Shown here piece after piece: positions 24,442 through 33,878 of a stretch of 64,000 bases of DNA (within the stretch, counting starts at the first letter, position 1; the number at the start of each line of letters is the position of its first letter). The notes under the pieces are model-generated. The model was not told where the DNA came from, did no database searches, and saw only the letters and a program-made list of their open reading frames with translations. Both the position numbers and the translations under genes were made by a program. The stretch comes from Candidatus Micrarchaeota archaeon (GTDB lineage: Archaea; Micrarchaeota; Micrarchaeia; Micrarchaeales; CABMGC01), in assembly GCA_021792095.1 (NCBI GenBank), contig JAJYVH010000001.1, forward strand, positions 677,155 to 741,154. Reading direction: 5' to 3'.

Positions 24442-25848
24442 ATGACGGCTGCGGAGAGCCTCGTGACCGAGGCGGATTACAAGGAGCGTTACGGCTTCGT
24501 GACCAATGCCGAATACGTAGAGTTCGAGAAGGGCCTGTCTGAGGACACGGTAAGGAGGATATCGAAGCTCAAAGGGGAGCCGGACTGGATGCTCGAGAAG
24601 AGGCTGCTCGGCTACAAGGTGTTCGCAGGCAAGCCTACGCCAAGGTGGGGCGCTGACCTGAGCGGCATAGACTACGACGACATATACTACTACAAGCAGC
24701 CGAAGGCGAAGGAGGGCAAGAGCTGGGAGGAGGTGCCAGAGGAGATAAAGAAGACGTTCGAGAAGCTCGGGGTGCCTGAGGCCGAGCGCAAGTTCTTCGC
24801 TGGCGCGGAGGCGCAGTTCGACTCCGGAGTGGTGTACTCGCACATCAACGAGGAGCTTGAGAAGCTCGGCGTCATATTCACCGACACAGACACTGCTGTG
24901 CGGAAGTACCCCGAGCTCATGAAAAAATATTTCGGCACAGTCATACCGCCTACCGACAACAAGTTCGCGGCGCTCAACACAGCGGTGTGGAGCGGCGGCA
25001 GCTTCATCTACGTGCCTAAGGGGGTCAGGGTGCCTATGCCGCTCAATGCATACTTCAGGATAAACGCGGAGAAATCTGGGCAGTTCGAGAGGACGCTCAT
25101 CGTTGTGGACGAAGGAGGGGAAGCGGTATACATAGAGGGCTGCACGGCCCCTGCATACTCGGCGAACTCCCTGCACGCGGCAGTGGTAGAGGTGGTTGCG
25201 CACAAGAACGCCAGGGTACAGTACGTCACAGTGCAGAACTGGGCGAAGAACATCTACAACCTGGTCACGCAGCGCGCGCACGTCTACGAGAACGCCCGCA
25301 TGTCGTGGGTCGATGCGAACATAGGCAGCAAGACAAACATGAAGTACCCTTCCATATACCTGCACGGGAGGAACGCGCAGGGCGAGATACTTTCGATAGC
25401 CCTCGCCTCCGATGGGCAGGTGCAGGATTCCGGGGGCAAGGTCTACCACCTCGCTCCCAACACAGCATCGAAGATAGTCTCCAAGAGCATATCGAAGGGG
25501 AGCGGCCTGACCACGTTCAGGGGCCTTGTGTACATAGGCAAGGAAGCGGAGAACGCCAAGGTGAACACCACGTGCGACGCCCTGCTGCTCGACAGCGATG
25601 CGAGGACCAACACCTACCCGTATGCTGACATACAGCGCAACGACGCGCTCCTGAGCCACGAGGCCAAGGTCGGCAGGATAAGCGAGGACGACGTGTTCTA
25701 TCTCATGTCGAGGGGCATATCGGAGAGCGACGCAATAGCGATGATAATACTTGGCTTCCTCAACGACCTGACCAAAGCGCTGCCCATGGAGTACTCGCTG
25801 GAGCTGAAGAGGCTGATAAAGCTCGACATGGCGGGTTCGGTGGGCTAG
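24442..25848 (+). CDS. sufB: Fe-S cluster assembly scaffold SufB
   Basis: 468 aa with typical SufB blocks: FERTLIVVDEGGEAVYIEGCTAP, NWAKNIYNLVTQRA, SHEAKVGRISEDDVFYLMSRGI. Confidence 0.9.
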   Translation: MTAAESLVTEADYKERYGFVTNAEYVEFEKGLSEDTVRRISKLKGEPDWMLEKRLLGYKVFAGKPTPRWGADLSGIDYDDIYYYKQPKAKEGKSWEEVPEEIKKTFEKLGVPEAERKFFAGAEAQFDSGVVYSHINEELEKLGVIFTDTDTAVRKYPELMKKYFGTVIPPTDNKFAALNTAVWSGGSFIYVPKGVRVPMPLNAYFRINAEKSGQFERTLIVVDEGGEAVYIEGCTAPAYSANSLHAAVVEVVAHKNARVQYVTVQNWAKNIYNLVTQRAHVYENARMSWVDANIGSKTNMKYPSIYLHGRNAQGEILSIALASDGQVQDSGGKVYHLAPNTASKIVSKSISKGSGLTTFRGLVYIGKEAENAKVNTTCDALLLDSDARTNTYPYADIQRNDALLSHEAKVGRISEDDVFYLMSRGISESDAIAMIILGFLNDLTKALPMEYSLELKRLIKLDMAGSVG

Positions 25849-25857
25849 GGTGATGGG

Positions 25858-27081
25858 TTGGGAGGCAACAACACCTTGGTGGAGCAGGCCATCGCTGGAT
25901 TCGCGAGGATGCCGTTCGACAAGGACGAACTCTACAAGCGGTACGGCAGCGAGATAAGCATGGAGGCTGCGAAGGGGGCTGGCGCTGTCGGCGCTCGGGA
26001 GGCGCTGAAGGCCGTTTCAGATTCCGCGGGGCTGAGGTTCGACCTCTACAGCGTAGGAAAAGAGGTGAAGACATCGAGCGGCATTGTGAGCGTGGAGCAG
26101 AACGCGGCCGCCGACTCCGCCTCCGCGAAAGGCGCAGCGTTCGAGGACAGACTCTATAGTTATATGCGGAGCGCGGGCTACAACATAATCAGGATCAAAG
26201 TGCCCGACAGCGCCTCTGCGAAACTGAACTTCCTGATGCTCAACGAGAACTCGGGAATGCAGAACGTGCTTCTCGCCGACGTGGGCGAGAACTCGAGCCT
26301 CGGGCTTTTCGAGTGGCTCGGGTCGGCGCAGGACGCCGTCTCGACGCATGCGGCCATAAACATAGTGAACGCGGGCGCAGGATCCAGCGTGGAACTGAGC
26401 ATACTGCACAACGAATCAGATTCCTGCGATGTGGGCGCGCTGAACAGCATAACAGCTTCGGACAACGCAACAGTGAAGGCAAGCACGATATACAACGGCG
26501 GCAGGAACACGAAGTCGAGCACCCTGGCCAGTGCCGAGGGACAGGGGAGCAGCATATCAGTCAACGAGATAGTGCTGGGCAACGGCTCGCAGTCCTTCGA
26601 CCTGGGCGCCTACACGCTCAACTCGGGCACGAGGACGAGCACGAAGCTGAGGAGCGGAGCGGTGCTCAACGACAGGGCGCTCTGCACCCTCAAGGGCTAC
26701 GCCAAGGTGGCGAGCGGGGCTGAGGGCGCCTACTCGTACGTGGAGGAGAGGGGCCTGGTCATGGGCAGCGGGGCGCGGATGAGACCGCTGCCAGACATGA
26801 GCATCGACTGCAGGAACGTCGCGTTCGCGTCACACAGCGCCTCGGCAGCGCCTATAGACGCGGAGAAGCTCTTCTACCTGATGAGCAGGGGCATAGACGA
26901 GGCGAGGGCAAAGCGCACGTTTGTCGCCGGCTTCCTGTCCAAGTACCTGGCGAACATAGCCAACGACACTGTGAAAGAGATAGCTATATCTGTGCTCCTT
27001 GACAAGCTTGATAACGGCAGGCATGCGACAGTGCCGCGGATAAGCCCGCAGAACCTGTGGATAGCGCCGGGCGCGGAGTGA
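25858..27081 (+). CDS. sufD: Fe-S cluster assembly protein SufD
   Basis: 407 aa, SufB/D beta-helix family, C-terminal block APIDAEKLFYLMSRGIDEARAKRTFVAGF. It lies between sufB and sufC and has a TTG start in the ORF track. Confidence 0.8.
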   Translation: MGGNNTLVEQAIAGFARMPFDKDELYKRYGSEISMEAAKGAGAVGAREALKAVSDSAGLRFDLYSVGKEVKTSSGIVSVEQNAAADSASAKGAAFEDRLYSYMRSAGYNIIRIKVPDSASAKLNFLMLNENSGMQNVLLADVGENSSLGLFEWLGSAQDAVSTHAAINIVNAGAGSSVELSILHNESDSCDVGALNSITASDNATVKASTIYNGGRNTKSSTLASAEGQGSSISVNEIVLGNGSQSFDLGAYTLNSGTRTSTKLRSGAVLNDRALCTLKGYAKVASGAEGAYSYVEERGLVMGSGARMRPLPDMSIDCRNVAFASHSASAAPIDAEKLFYLMSRGIDEARAKRTFVAGFLSKYLANIANDTVKEIAISVLLDKLDNGRHATVPRISPQNLWIAPGAE

Positions 27082-27085
27082 TGCT

Positions 27086-27808
27086 ATGAGGCTCGAGATA
27101 AAGGACCTGCATGTGGAAGTGGAAGGCAACGAAGTGGTGAAGGGGATAAGCCTGGCCATCAAGGAGGGCGAGTTCCACGTGCTCATGGGGCCGAACGGCT
27201 CGGGCAAGACGACGCTGTCGAGGACAATACTGGGGCACCCCGGAGCCAAGGTCACGAAGGGCGACATACTGGTCGACGGGGAGAGCATACTGAAGCTAAG
27301 CCCGGACAAGCGCGCAAAGCTAGGCCTCTTCCTCACTTTCCAGAACCCTGTCGAGATAGAGGGGCTCGGCCTTATGAACTTCCTCAACACAGCCAACGCC
27401 TCGCTGAAGGAAAAGGGCTCGTTCAAGGAGTTCATGACCGACGTGAAGGGTGCCGCGAAGGAGCTCGACCTGAAGGACGATCTCATGGGCCGATCCCTCA
27501 ACTACGGCTTCTCCGGCGGCGAGAAGAAGAAGGTGGAGGTGCTGCAGCTCAGGCTCCTCAAGCCCAGGATAGCGATACTCGACGAGCCGGATTCCGGGCT
27601 GGATGTTGACGCTGTGCGCGTTGTGGCCGAGAACATAAACAAGTTCAGGCAGGAAACGGGAGCGGGCGTGCTGCTTATAACGCACTACAGCCGCATACTG
27701 AGCTACATGCAGCCCCAGACAGTACACGTGATGGTGGACGGCAGGATAGTCGAGGAGGGGGGAAGGGAGCTGGTGGAGAGGATAGAGAAGGACGGCTACA
27801 AGTACTAG
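27086..27808 (+). CDS. sufC: Fe-S cluster assembly ATPase SufC
   Basis: Walker A GPNGSGKTT, signature FSGGEKKK, Walker B AILDEPDSGLD, H-loop ITHY. Confidence 0.9.
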   Translation: MRLEIKDLHVEVEGNEVVKGISLAIKEGEFHVLMGPNGSGKTTLSRTILGHPGAKVTKGDILVDGESILKLSPDKRAKLGLFLTFQNPVEIEGLGLMNFLNTANASLKEKGSFKEFMTDVKGAAKELDLKDDLMGRSLNYGFSGGEKKKVEVLQLRLLKPRIAILDEPDSGLDVDAVRVVAENINKFRQETGAGVLLITHYSRILSYMQPQTVHVMVDGRIVEEGGRELVERIEKDGYKY

Positions 27809-27816
27809 GCGCTGAC

Positions 27817-29058
27817 ATGGAGTTCGACGTGGACAGGATAAGGAAGGATTTCCCGATATTGGCTACGCAGATGAACGGCAGGCAGCTCGTCTACCTGGAC
27901 AGCGCGGCCACTTCGCAGAAGCCCAGGCAGGTGATAAACGCCGTGGCTAGGCACTACAGGAAGCTCAACGCAAACATACACCGCGGCATATACAAGCTCT
28001 CAGAGGAAGCCACGGCGGAGTACGTAGCGTCCAAGGAGGCCGTGGCCAGGTTCATACACGCGAAGAGCTACAGGAGCATCGTCTACTTCAGGAGCACGAC
28101 CGAGGCTATAAACGCCGTGGCTAGGGCCTGGGGCGACGCAAACACAGGCAGCGGGGACCGCGTGCTCATAACGGAAATGGAGCACCACAGCAACATAGTG
28201 CCGTGGCAGATGCTCGCGAAAAGGAAGGGGGCGCACCTGGACTACGTAGGGCTGAGGGACGGGAGCGAGCTCGACCTGGAGGACTACAAGAGCAAGCTTC
28301 TACTCAAACCGAAGATTGTGGCGGTCACGCACGTGTCCAATGTCCTCGGGACCATAAACGACGTCAAGGAGATCACCAGGATGGCGCACGAGGCGGGGGC
28401 CAGCGTGCTGGTAGACGGGGCGCAGTCCGTGCCGCACATGCCTGTCGACGTCTCTGGCATGGACGCAGACTTCGTGGCGTTCTCTGGCCACAAGATGCTC
28501 GGGCCGAGCGGGATAGGCGTGCTCTACGGGAAGGAGGACGTGCTTGAGGGCATGGAGCCATTCCACGGGGGCGGTGACATGATAAGGAGCGTGGACTTCC
28601 AGGAGTCCACATGGAACGAGCTGCCGTGGAAGTTCGAGGCTGGAACGCAGAACATGGAGGGCGCAGCGGGCCTTGCCGCCGCGGTCAGGTACCTGAAGAG
28701 GCTCGGCATGGAGAGCGTCAGGGAGCACGAGAAGAAAATCACGCTCTACGCGCTCGAGGCGCTCGCGGACGAACATGTCACAGCGTTCGGCCTCGGCAGG
28801 GACAGAATTGAGGAGCGCGCCGGAGTGATATCTTTCGATGTCAAGGGCGTGCACGCCCACGATGTGGCGCAGGTCTTCGACAGCGAGGGGATCGCCATAA
28901 GGTCGGGGCACCACTGCGCAATGCCGCTTGTCACCAGGGTGCTCGGCGAGCCTGCGGTGCCCAGGATGAGCTTCTACGTATACACCAAGGAGCAGGAGAT
29001 AGACAGCGCGATTGCAGCCATACGCAAGGCAAGGGAAGTGATGAAGCTCAGCTCCTGA
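27817..29058 (+). CDS. sufS: cysteine desulfurase SufS (class V aminotransferase)
   Basis: PLP-lysine block FSGHKMLGPSGIG and active-site Cys block RSGHHCAMP. Length is 413 aa. Confidence 0.9.
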   Translation: MEFDVDRIRKDFPILATQMNGRQLVYLDSAATSQKPRQVINAVARHYRKLNANIHRGIYKLSEEATAEYVASKEAVARFIHAKSYRSIVYFRSTTEAINAVARAWGDANTGSGDRVLITEMEHHSNIVPWQMLAKRKGAHLDYVGLRDGSELDLEDYKSKLLLKPKIVAVTHVSNVLGTINDVKEITRMAHEAGASVLVDGAQSVPHMPVDVSGMDADFVAFSGHKMLGPSGIGVLYGKEDVLEGMEPFHGGGDMIRSVDFQESTWNELPWKFEAGTQNMEGAAGLAAAVRYLKRLGMESVREHEKKITLYALEALADEHVTAFGLGRDRIEERAGVISFDVKGVHAHDVAQVFDSEGIAIRSGHHCAMPLVTRVLGEPAVPRMSFYVYTKEQEIDSAIAAIRKAREVMKLSS

Positions 29059-29992
29059 AGCGCCTGCCAGCCTCCCTGACCGCGAGCCAGTACGACGGGA
29101 TGGCTATCACCGCTATTACGGCCACCACCATGAAGAAGCCGAGGTCTAGCGTGCCCAGGCCGGTGAAGCTTATGCCAGTGCTTACCCCGTAATCGCCCAC
29201 CGCCGGAAGGAAGTAGAGCAACATGCCCACGGCCACGAAAGCGATGCCGCCGTAGGCCAGCACACGGCCGGAGGTCAGCCTGCCTATGAAGCTTATCTGC
29301 TCCTTGGTGTACCGCCTGTGCCTCAGCCAGTAGCCTATAGCAGCGCCGAAAAGCATCTGCATCACCATGGTGCCTATGCCGAAGAGCGCGCCGGGGAGCC
29401 ACGCGAGCGCAGCGCTGCCCATCTGCGGCGCTATCACCGTGTACAGCACGAGAGCGAAGGCGCCGAAGCCGAACCCTGCTATCGCGCCGTGCACAGGTGT
29501 GAGCATCAACGGCACCTTCCTGGGCTCTAGCACCGGGTGCGGGGCGAGCGCACCGTGCTCCAGCAGGTGCTCGCGCTCGAAGCCGGTCTTGCGCAGCACA
29601 CTGACGTGGTAGAAGCGCTCTATAGCGTTAGCGAGGCGGTGGTAGTGCAGGTAGATTCCTTTCCTCAGTATGTAGAAGCCAGACGCGCTCATGACTATGC
29701 CTACCACCACGTACACGAATGCGTTCACCTCCGGGTTCTGGAGGAACGGAGCGAGCGCCAGGTAGGAAAGCTCTGAGATGAAAGCGCGCTGCAGCGTGAA
29801 GCCGAGCGAGAAGAGCAGTCCTGCGGCCGCGCCCCCGGAGGCTGTGAAAGTCCCGAGCGCGTAGCTGAGCGTTATAGGCCACGTGTGCTCGTCCGGCGTG
29901 GCCCCGTGCACCAGGCCGAGAACGAACGACAGCAGCAGAAGGTACAAGATGCCGCCCGCGTACACCAGGAGCAGCCCAAAGGAAGGAAGCAT
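29048..29992 (-). CDS. polytopic membrane protein, possible metal transporter
   Basis: It has at least 8 hydrophobic helices, and LGLVHGATPDEHTW faintly recalls the H-x-x-x-P-x-x-H motifs of NicO-type transporters. I prefer the start at MLPSFG (29992) because the longer ORF collides with the ligase start region. Confidence 0.4.
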   Translation of the reverse strand: MLPSFGLLLVYAGGILYLLLLSFVLGLVHGATPDEHTWPITLSYALGTFTASGGAAAGLLFSLGFTLQRAFISELSYLALAPFLQNPEVNAFVYVVVGIVMSASGFYILRKGIYLHYHRLANAIERFYHVSVLRKTGFEREHLLEHGALAPHPVLEPRKVPLMLTPVHGAIAGFGFGAFALVLYTVIAPQMGSAALAWLPGALFGIGTMVMQMLFGAAIGYWLRHRRYTKEQISFIGRLTSGRVLAYGGIAFVAVGMLLYFLPAVGDYGVSTGISFTGLGTLDLGFFMVVAVIAVIAIPSYWLAVREAGRRFRS

Positions 29993-30035
29993 GCAGTCTT
30001 TTGCTACGGCAAGGATAAATAACTTGCCTGAAGAT

Positions 30036-31829
30036 ATGCTTGAGGGCATGCTTTTCGAGGAGCTTGCGGGTTTCTACGACAAGCTTGAGGGCACGAGCTC
30101 CAGGCTTGCCATGATAGACATACTCACCGAGATGTTCTCCAGGGCGAGGAAGGGCGAGGTAAAGGACATAATATACATGACGCTCGGCACGCCTGCGCCG
30201 CCGTTCAAGGGCATCGACCTGGGCATGGCCGAGAAGCTGGCCGAGGAAGCGATAGCCACGGCCACCGGCGAGACCAAAGAGGGCGTGGACAGGAGCTTCA
30301 AGAAAACAGGCGACCTGGGCAGAAGCGCTGAGCAGCTCATGGGCGCGGGCAGGCTGAGGCGCATGGGCAGCGGCAAGTTCGAGGTTAGCGACGTGATGGC
30401 CACGATGCTGAAAATAGCAGGCACCTCGGGCCAGGGCAGCAAGGAGGCCAAGATAAAGATGCTGGCCAACCTGCTCGCAGCCAGCAAGCCGCTCGAGGCG
30501 CGGTACATAGTGAGGTTCGCGCTCGGGGAGCTCAGGCTTGGGGCCGGAGACGCAACCATACTCGAGGCGCTGTCGAACGCGGCCACCGGAGACAGGAAGT
30601 TCAAGGCTAAGCTCGAGGAGGCATACAACATATGCAGCGACCTCGGCCTCGTTGGCGAGACTCTGATGCGCGAGGGCAAGAGGGGCATAGAGGAGTTCAA
30701 GGTCGCGCTCTTCGAGCCCATAAGGCCGGCGCTGGCCGAGAGGCTGCCCACCGCCGAGGAGATACTCGCGAGGATGGGCGGCAAGTGCGCGGTCGAGAGC
30801 AAGTACGACGGGCTGCGGGCGCAGGTGCACATCGACAGGGCCGGGAAACACGTCGAGATATTCTCAAGGAGGCTGGAGCGCGTCACCGACATGTTCCCGG
30901 AGCTCACCCGGGCGGCGCTCAGGGAGGTGCACGCTGACAGCGCCATACTCGACGGAGAGGCCATCGCCTACGACGAGGCTACGAACCAGTTCCATCCATT
31001 CCAGGAGACGATGCAGCGCAAGAGGAAGCACGGGATAGAGGAGAAGAGCGAGGAGCTGCCCCTGCGCCTCTTCGCGTTCGACCTGCTGTACCTCAACGGC
31101 GAGAGCTACCTCAATAAAGGATATACAGAGCGGCGCGATGAGCTCGAGCGCGTGGTCAAGGGAGACGGGACTATAAGGTTCTCTGACCGCACCATCGTCG
31201 ACAAACCAGCCGCGCTGGAGAAGTACTTCGACGAAGCCGTAGAGGACGGCCTGGAGGGGATAGTCGCCAAGGACCTGGATGCGCCGTACGTCGCAGGCGC
31301 CAGGAAGTTCAGCTGGATAAAGATGAAGAGGAGCTACAAGGGCGAGCTCTCCGACACGGTAGACCTCGTGGTAGTGGGTTACTACAGGGGCAAGGGCATA
31401 AGGACCGAGTTCGGCTTCGGCGGAATACTCGCCGCTGTCTACGACGACAAAAGGGACGTGTTCGAGACAGTGACCAGGATAGGCACGGGCTTCACCGAGG
31501 AGATGATGCGCTCGTTCAGGAGCGTGTTCGAGAAGATAAGGGTGGCGAAGAAGCCGGCGCGGGTCGACGCGCTGGTGGAGCCAGACTTCTGGACGGAGCC
31601 CAGGTACGTGGTCACAGTGAAGGCAGACGAGATAACCAAGTCGCCGATGCACACCGCGGGCAGGCACAGGGAGGGCGAAGGCGAGGTGGGCTACGCCCTG
31701 CGGTTCCCGAGGATCGTGGGCGGAGGGATAAGGGAGGACAAGAGCCCGGAGGACGCCACCACGGCCAAGGAGATAGAGGAGATGTTCAGGCAGCAGAGGA
31801 AGACAAAGATCAGCGAGGCCGCGCCCTAG
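30036..31829 (+). CDS. lig: ATP-dependent DNA ligase
   Basis: The adenylation motif I is ESKYDGLR. Other blocks are LDGEAIAYD, LEGIVAKD and FSWIKMKRSY. The ORF extends to 29883, but ATAAATAA at 30014-30021 favours a start at ATG 30036 or 30048. Confidence 0.9.
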   Translation: MLEGMLFEELAGFYDKLEGTSSRLAMIDILTEMFSRARKGEVKDIIYMTLGTPAPPFKGIDLGMAEKLAEEAIATATGETKEGVDRSFKKTGDLGRSAEQLMGAGRLRRMGSGKFEVSDVMATMLKIAGTSGQGSKEAKIKMLANLLAASKPLEARYIVRFALGELRLGAGDATILEALSNAATGDRKFKAKLEEAYNICSDLGLVGETLMREGKRGIEEFKVALFEPIRPALAERLPTAEEILARMGGKCAVESKYDGLRAQVHIDRAGKHVEIFSRRLERVTDMFPELTRAALREVHADSAILDGEAIAYDEATNQFHPFQETMQRKRKHGIEEKSEELPLRLFAFDLLYLNGESYLNKGYTERRDELERVVKGDGTIRFSDRTIVDKPAALEKYFDEAVEDGLEGIVAKDLDAPYVAGARKFSWIKMKRSYKGELSDTVDLVVVGYYRGKGIRTEFGFGGILAAVYDDKRDVFETVTRIGTGFTEEMMRSFRSVFEKIRVAKKPARVDALVEPDFWTEPRYVVTVKADEITKSPMHTAGRHREGEGEVGYALRFPRIVGGGIREDKSPEDATTAKEIEEMFRQQRKTKISEAAP

Positions 31830-31852
31830 ATTGCGCGATGCCCACTTAGACG

Positions 31853-32611
31853 ATGGGCGAACGGCCTCAAAAGGGGCTTAAAGCGGGCAATCCAGCTATA
31901 TGCATGGGCGATACTGCAGCCATGCAGAACGCAGCCGGCATACGGCACAGCACCAGCGGCGGGTTCGCATACGCGCATCTGAAGAACGCGGAGAGGCGGG
32001 ACGGCTTCCTGGAAGTCTACGATTTCGACGGAGTGATAGGGCTGACCATAAACGGCACTGCCGACCGCGCCGTCGACAGAGTGCTTAGGCTGGAATCGCT
32101 CAAAAGGAACGAGCATATGCGCACGGTGACGATGGGACTGCTCTTTACGGCGCACGAGATGCTAGGCAGGAACAGGGACAGCATAATAGAGAAGGTGCTC
32201 AACGGTGTAGAGCTCGACGGCAATGTGCTCGAGCTCATGAGGGAGCACAGGGCCAGGGGAGCGAAGCAAATAGTCCTGACAGGCAACGAGAACACGGAGC
32301 GCATAAGGGAGAAACTGCTGGAGCGCGGAATTAATGTGGAAGTAGTGTACAGGAAGGCTAGAGAGAAACCGGCCTACATAAAGGAGCTCATGGAAGCGAA
32401 CCCCGGCAAGACGGTGGTCCACATCAACGACAGCCTGTGGGACCTGACCCACGCCATGGCAAACGGGCAGTCGAAGAACTTCGTGCTCGTCCAGACGAAG
32501 ACCAACCAGCTGTGGGTGCCTGTGATAAAGACGCTGAACATAGCCGAGGTCTGCGACCCCGGATCCATGGCATCGATGAACACGGCGATAATGAACGTAG
32601 CCAGGGGCTGA
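31853..32611 (+). CDS. HAD-superfamily hydrolase-like protein
   Basis: Motif I-like VYDFDGVIG and a later IVLTGNEN block. The start codon is uncertain. Confidence 0.45.
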   Translation: MGERPQKGLKAGNPAICMGDTAAMQNAAGIRHSTSGGFAYAHLKNAERRDGFLEVYDFDGVIGLTINGTADRAVDRVLRLESLKRNEHMRTVTMGLLFTAHEMLGRNRDSIIEKVLNGVELDGNVLELMREHRARGAKQIVLTGNENTERIREKLLERGINVEVVYRKAREKPAYIKELMEANPGKTVVHINDSLWDLTHAMANGQSKNFVLVQTKTNQLWVPVIKTLNIAEVCDPGSMASMNTAIMNVARG

Positions 32612-32665
32612 AAAAGCCCAAAAGAACGTACGGGACTCACACACAGAAAAAAAGCAGTACGCTGG

Positions 32666-32718
32666 CTGCGTAATTTGCAGAAAATAGCCATTTACGCAGC
32701 GTAATTTCGTTTACGCAG
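32666..32718 (+). promoter_or_regulatory. cluster of four 8-9 bp CTGCGTAA / TTACGCAG motifs upstream of ftsZ1
   Basis: CTGCGTAA at 32666-32673 pairs perfectly with TTACGCAG at 32692-32699. CAGCGTAA at 32697-32704 pairs 7 of 8 with TTACGCAG at 32711-32718. GTATATGC follows directly. Confidence 0.4.
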
Positions 32719-32833
32719 GTATATGCGCCTGGCTCCAGATATTACAATTATACCAGAATCTATGCTGTTCCTGTATCTTCGCCAGTTGCAGAACATATTT
32801 AAACTTAATCACAATAGCATAATTGGCGATCAG

Positions 32834-33871
32834 ATGACGGACTTTACCACAGAGATACTGGGTACCGGAGGGCAGAACGCTGTTTCTGAAATAAAGATAG
32901 TGACTATCGGAGTGGGCGGAGGCGGAAACAACACCGTCAACCGTTTGCTGAAGGTTGGAGTGAAGGGCACGGAGCTCGTGGCTGTCAACACGGACGCTAA
33001 CCACTTCAAGATAATAGACGACAGGATAAAGAAGATGCTCATAGGCAAGACAATAACCAGGGGCCTTGGCGCGGGCGGCGATCCGAGCATAGGCATGAAG
33101 GCGGCGGAGGTGGACAGGCAGGCGCTCGAGGAGATGCTGAGCGGCGCGCACCTTGTGTTCCTTTGCGCCGGAATGGGCGGCGGCACAGGCACCGGGGCCG
33201 CGCCAGTGATAGCGCAGATAGCCAAGGAGGCCGGAGCTATAGTCGTGGCCATGGTCACATACCCGTTCGACCTGGAGCGCGTCAGGAAGGTTAAGGCGGA
33301 GGAGGGCATCCAGCAGCTGCGCAAGCATTGCGACAGCGTGGTTATAATAGACAACAACAGGCTCGTGAAGCTAGTGCCCAACCTGCCGATGAACGAGGCG
33401 TTCGCGGTTGCGGACGACGTGCTAGCTAAGGCGATAGGGGGCCTGGTGTGGACGATAACGCAGCCCAGCCTTATCAACATCGACTTCGCTGACGTGAAGG
33501 CGATAATGGGAAGCGGCGACATAGGCTTCATATCTGTGGGCACGGGCAAGGGCACGGACAAGGTGACCAGCGCCAGCGAAGCTGTGATAAAGAACAAGCT
33601 GCTGGACGTGAGCTTCGAGAACGCCAAGGGCGCTCTCATACACATCTCGGGCGCATCGGACCTTACCCTGGGAGACGCGATAAAGGCAGGAGACATAATA
33701 ACGGAGCAGATGGACCCCAAGGCCACTGTGAAGTGGGGCGCAAGGATAGTGCCTGGCTTCGAGGGCCAGCTCGAGATAGTCGCGATAGTCACAGGCGTCA
33801 AGGGCGAGAGCATACTGGGAAGGTTCGCGGAGAAGAAAGAAGCCAGCTACTCAGGCCTGGACGCCATATGA
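32834..33871 (+). CDS. ftsZ: cell division GTPase FtsZ (paralog 1)
   Basis: GVGGGGNNTVNRL and the tubulin signature GMGGGTGTGAAPV. The start is taken at ATG 32834 (MTDFTTE). Confidence 0.9.
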   Translation: MTDFTTEILGTGGQNAVSEIKIVTIGVGGGGNNTVNRLLKVGVKGTELVAVNTDANHFKIIDDRIKKMLIGKTITRGLGAGGDPSIGMKAAEVDRQALEEMLSGAHLVFLCAGMGGGTGTGAAPVIAQIAKEAGAIVVAMVTYPFDLERVRKVKAEEGIQQLRKHCDSVVIIDNNRLVKLVPNLPMNEAFAVADDVLAKAIGGLVWTITQPSLINIDFADVKAIMGSGDIGFISVGTGKGTDKVTSASEAVIKNKLLDVSFENAKGALIHISGASDLTLGDAIKAGDIITEQMDPKATVKWGARIVPGFEGQLEIVAIVTGVKGESILGRFAEKKEASYSGLDAI

Positions 33872-33878
33872 TGCTAGG

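Noticed and set aside
24256-25659. 467-aa ORF on the minus strand
   Set aside because: It is antisense to sufB and shows R/L/V/H-rich low-information composition. I treat it as a shadow ORF.
29628-30964. 407-aa and 296-aa minus-strand ORFs
   Set aside because: Both are antisense to the DNA ligase gene and have Ser/Ala/Leu/Arg-rich composition without motifs.
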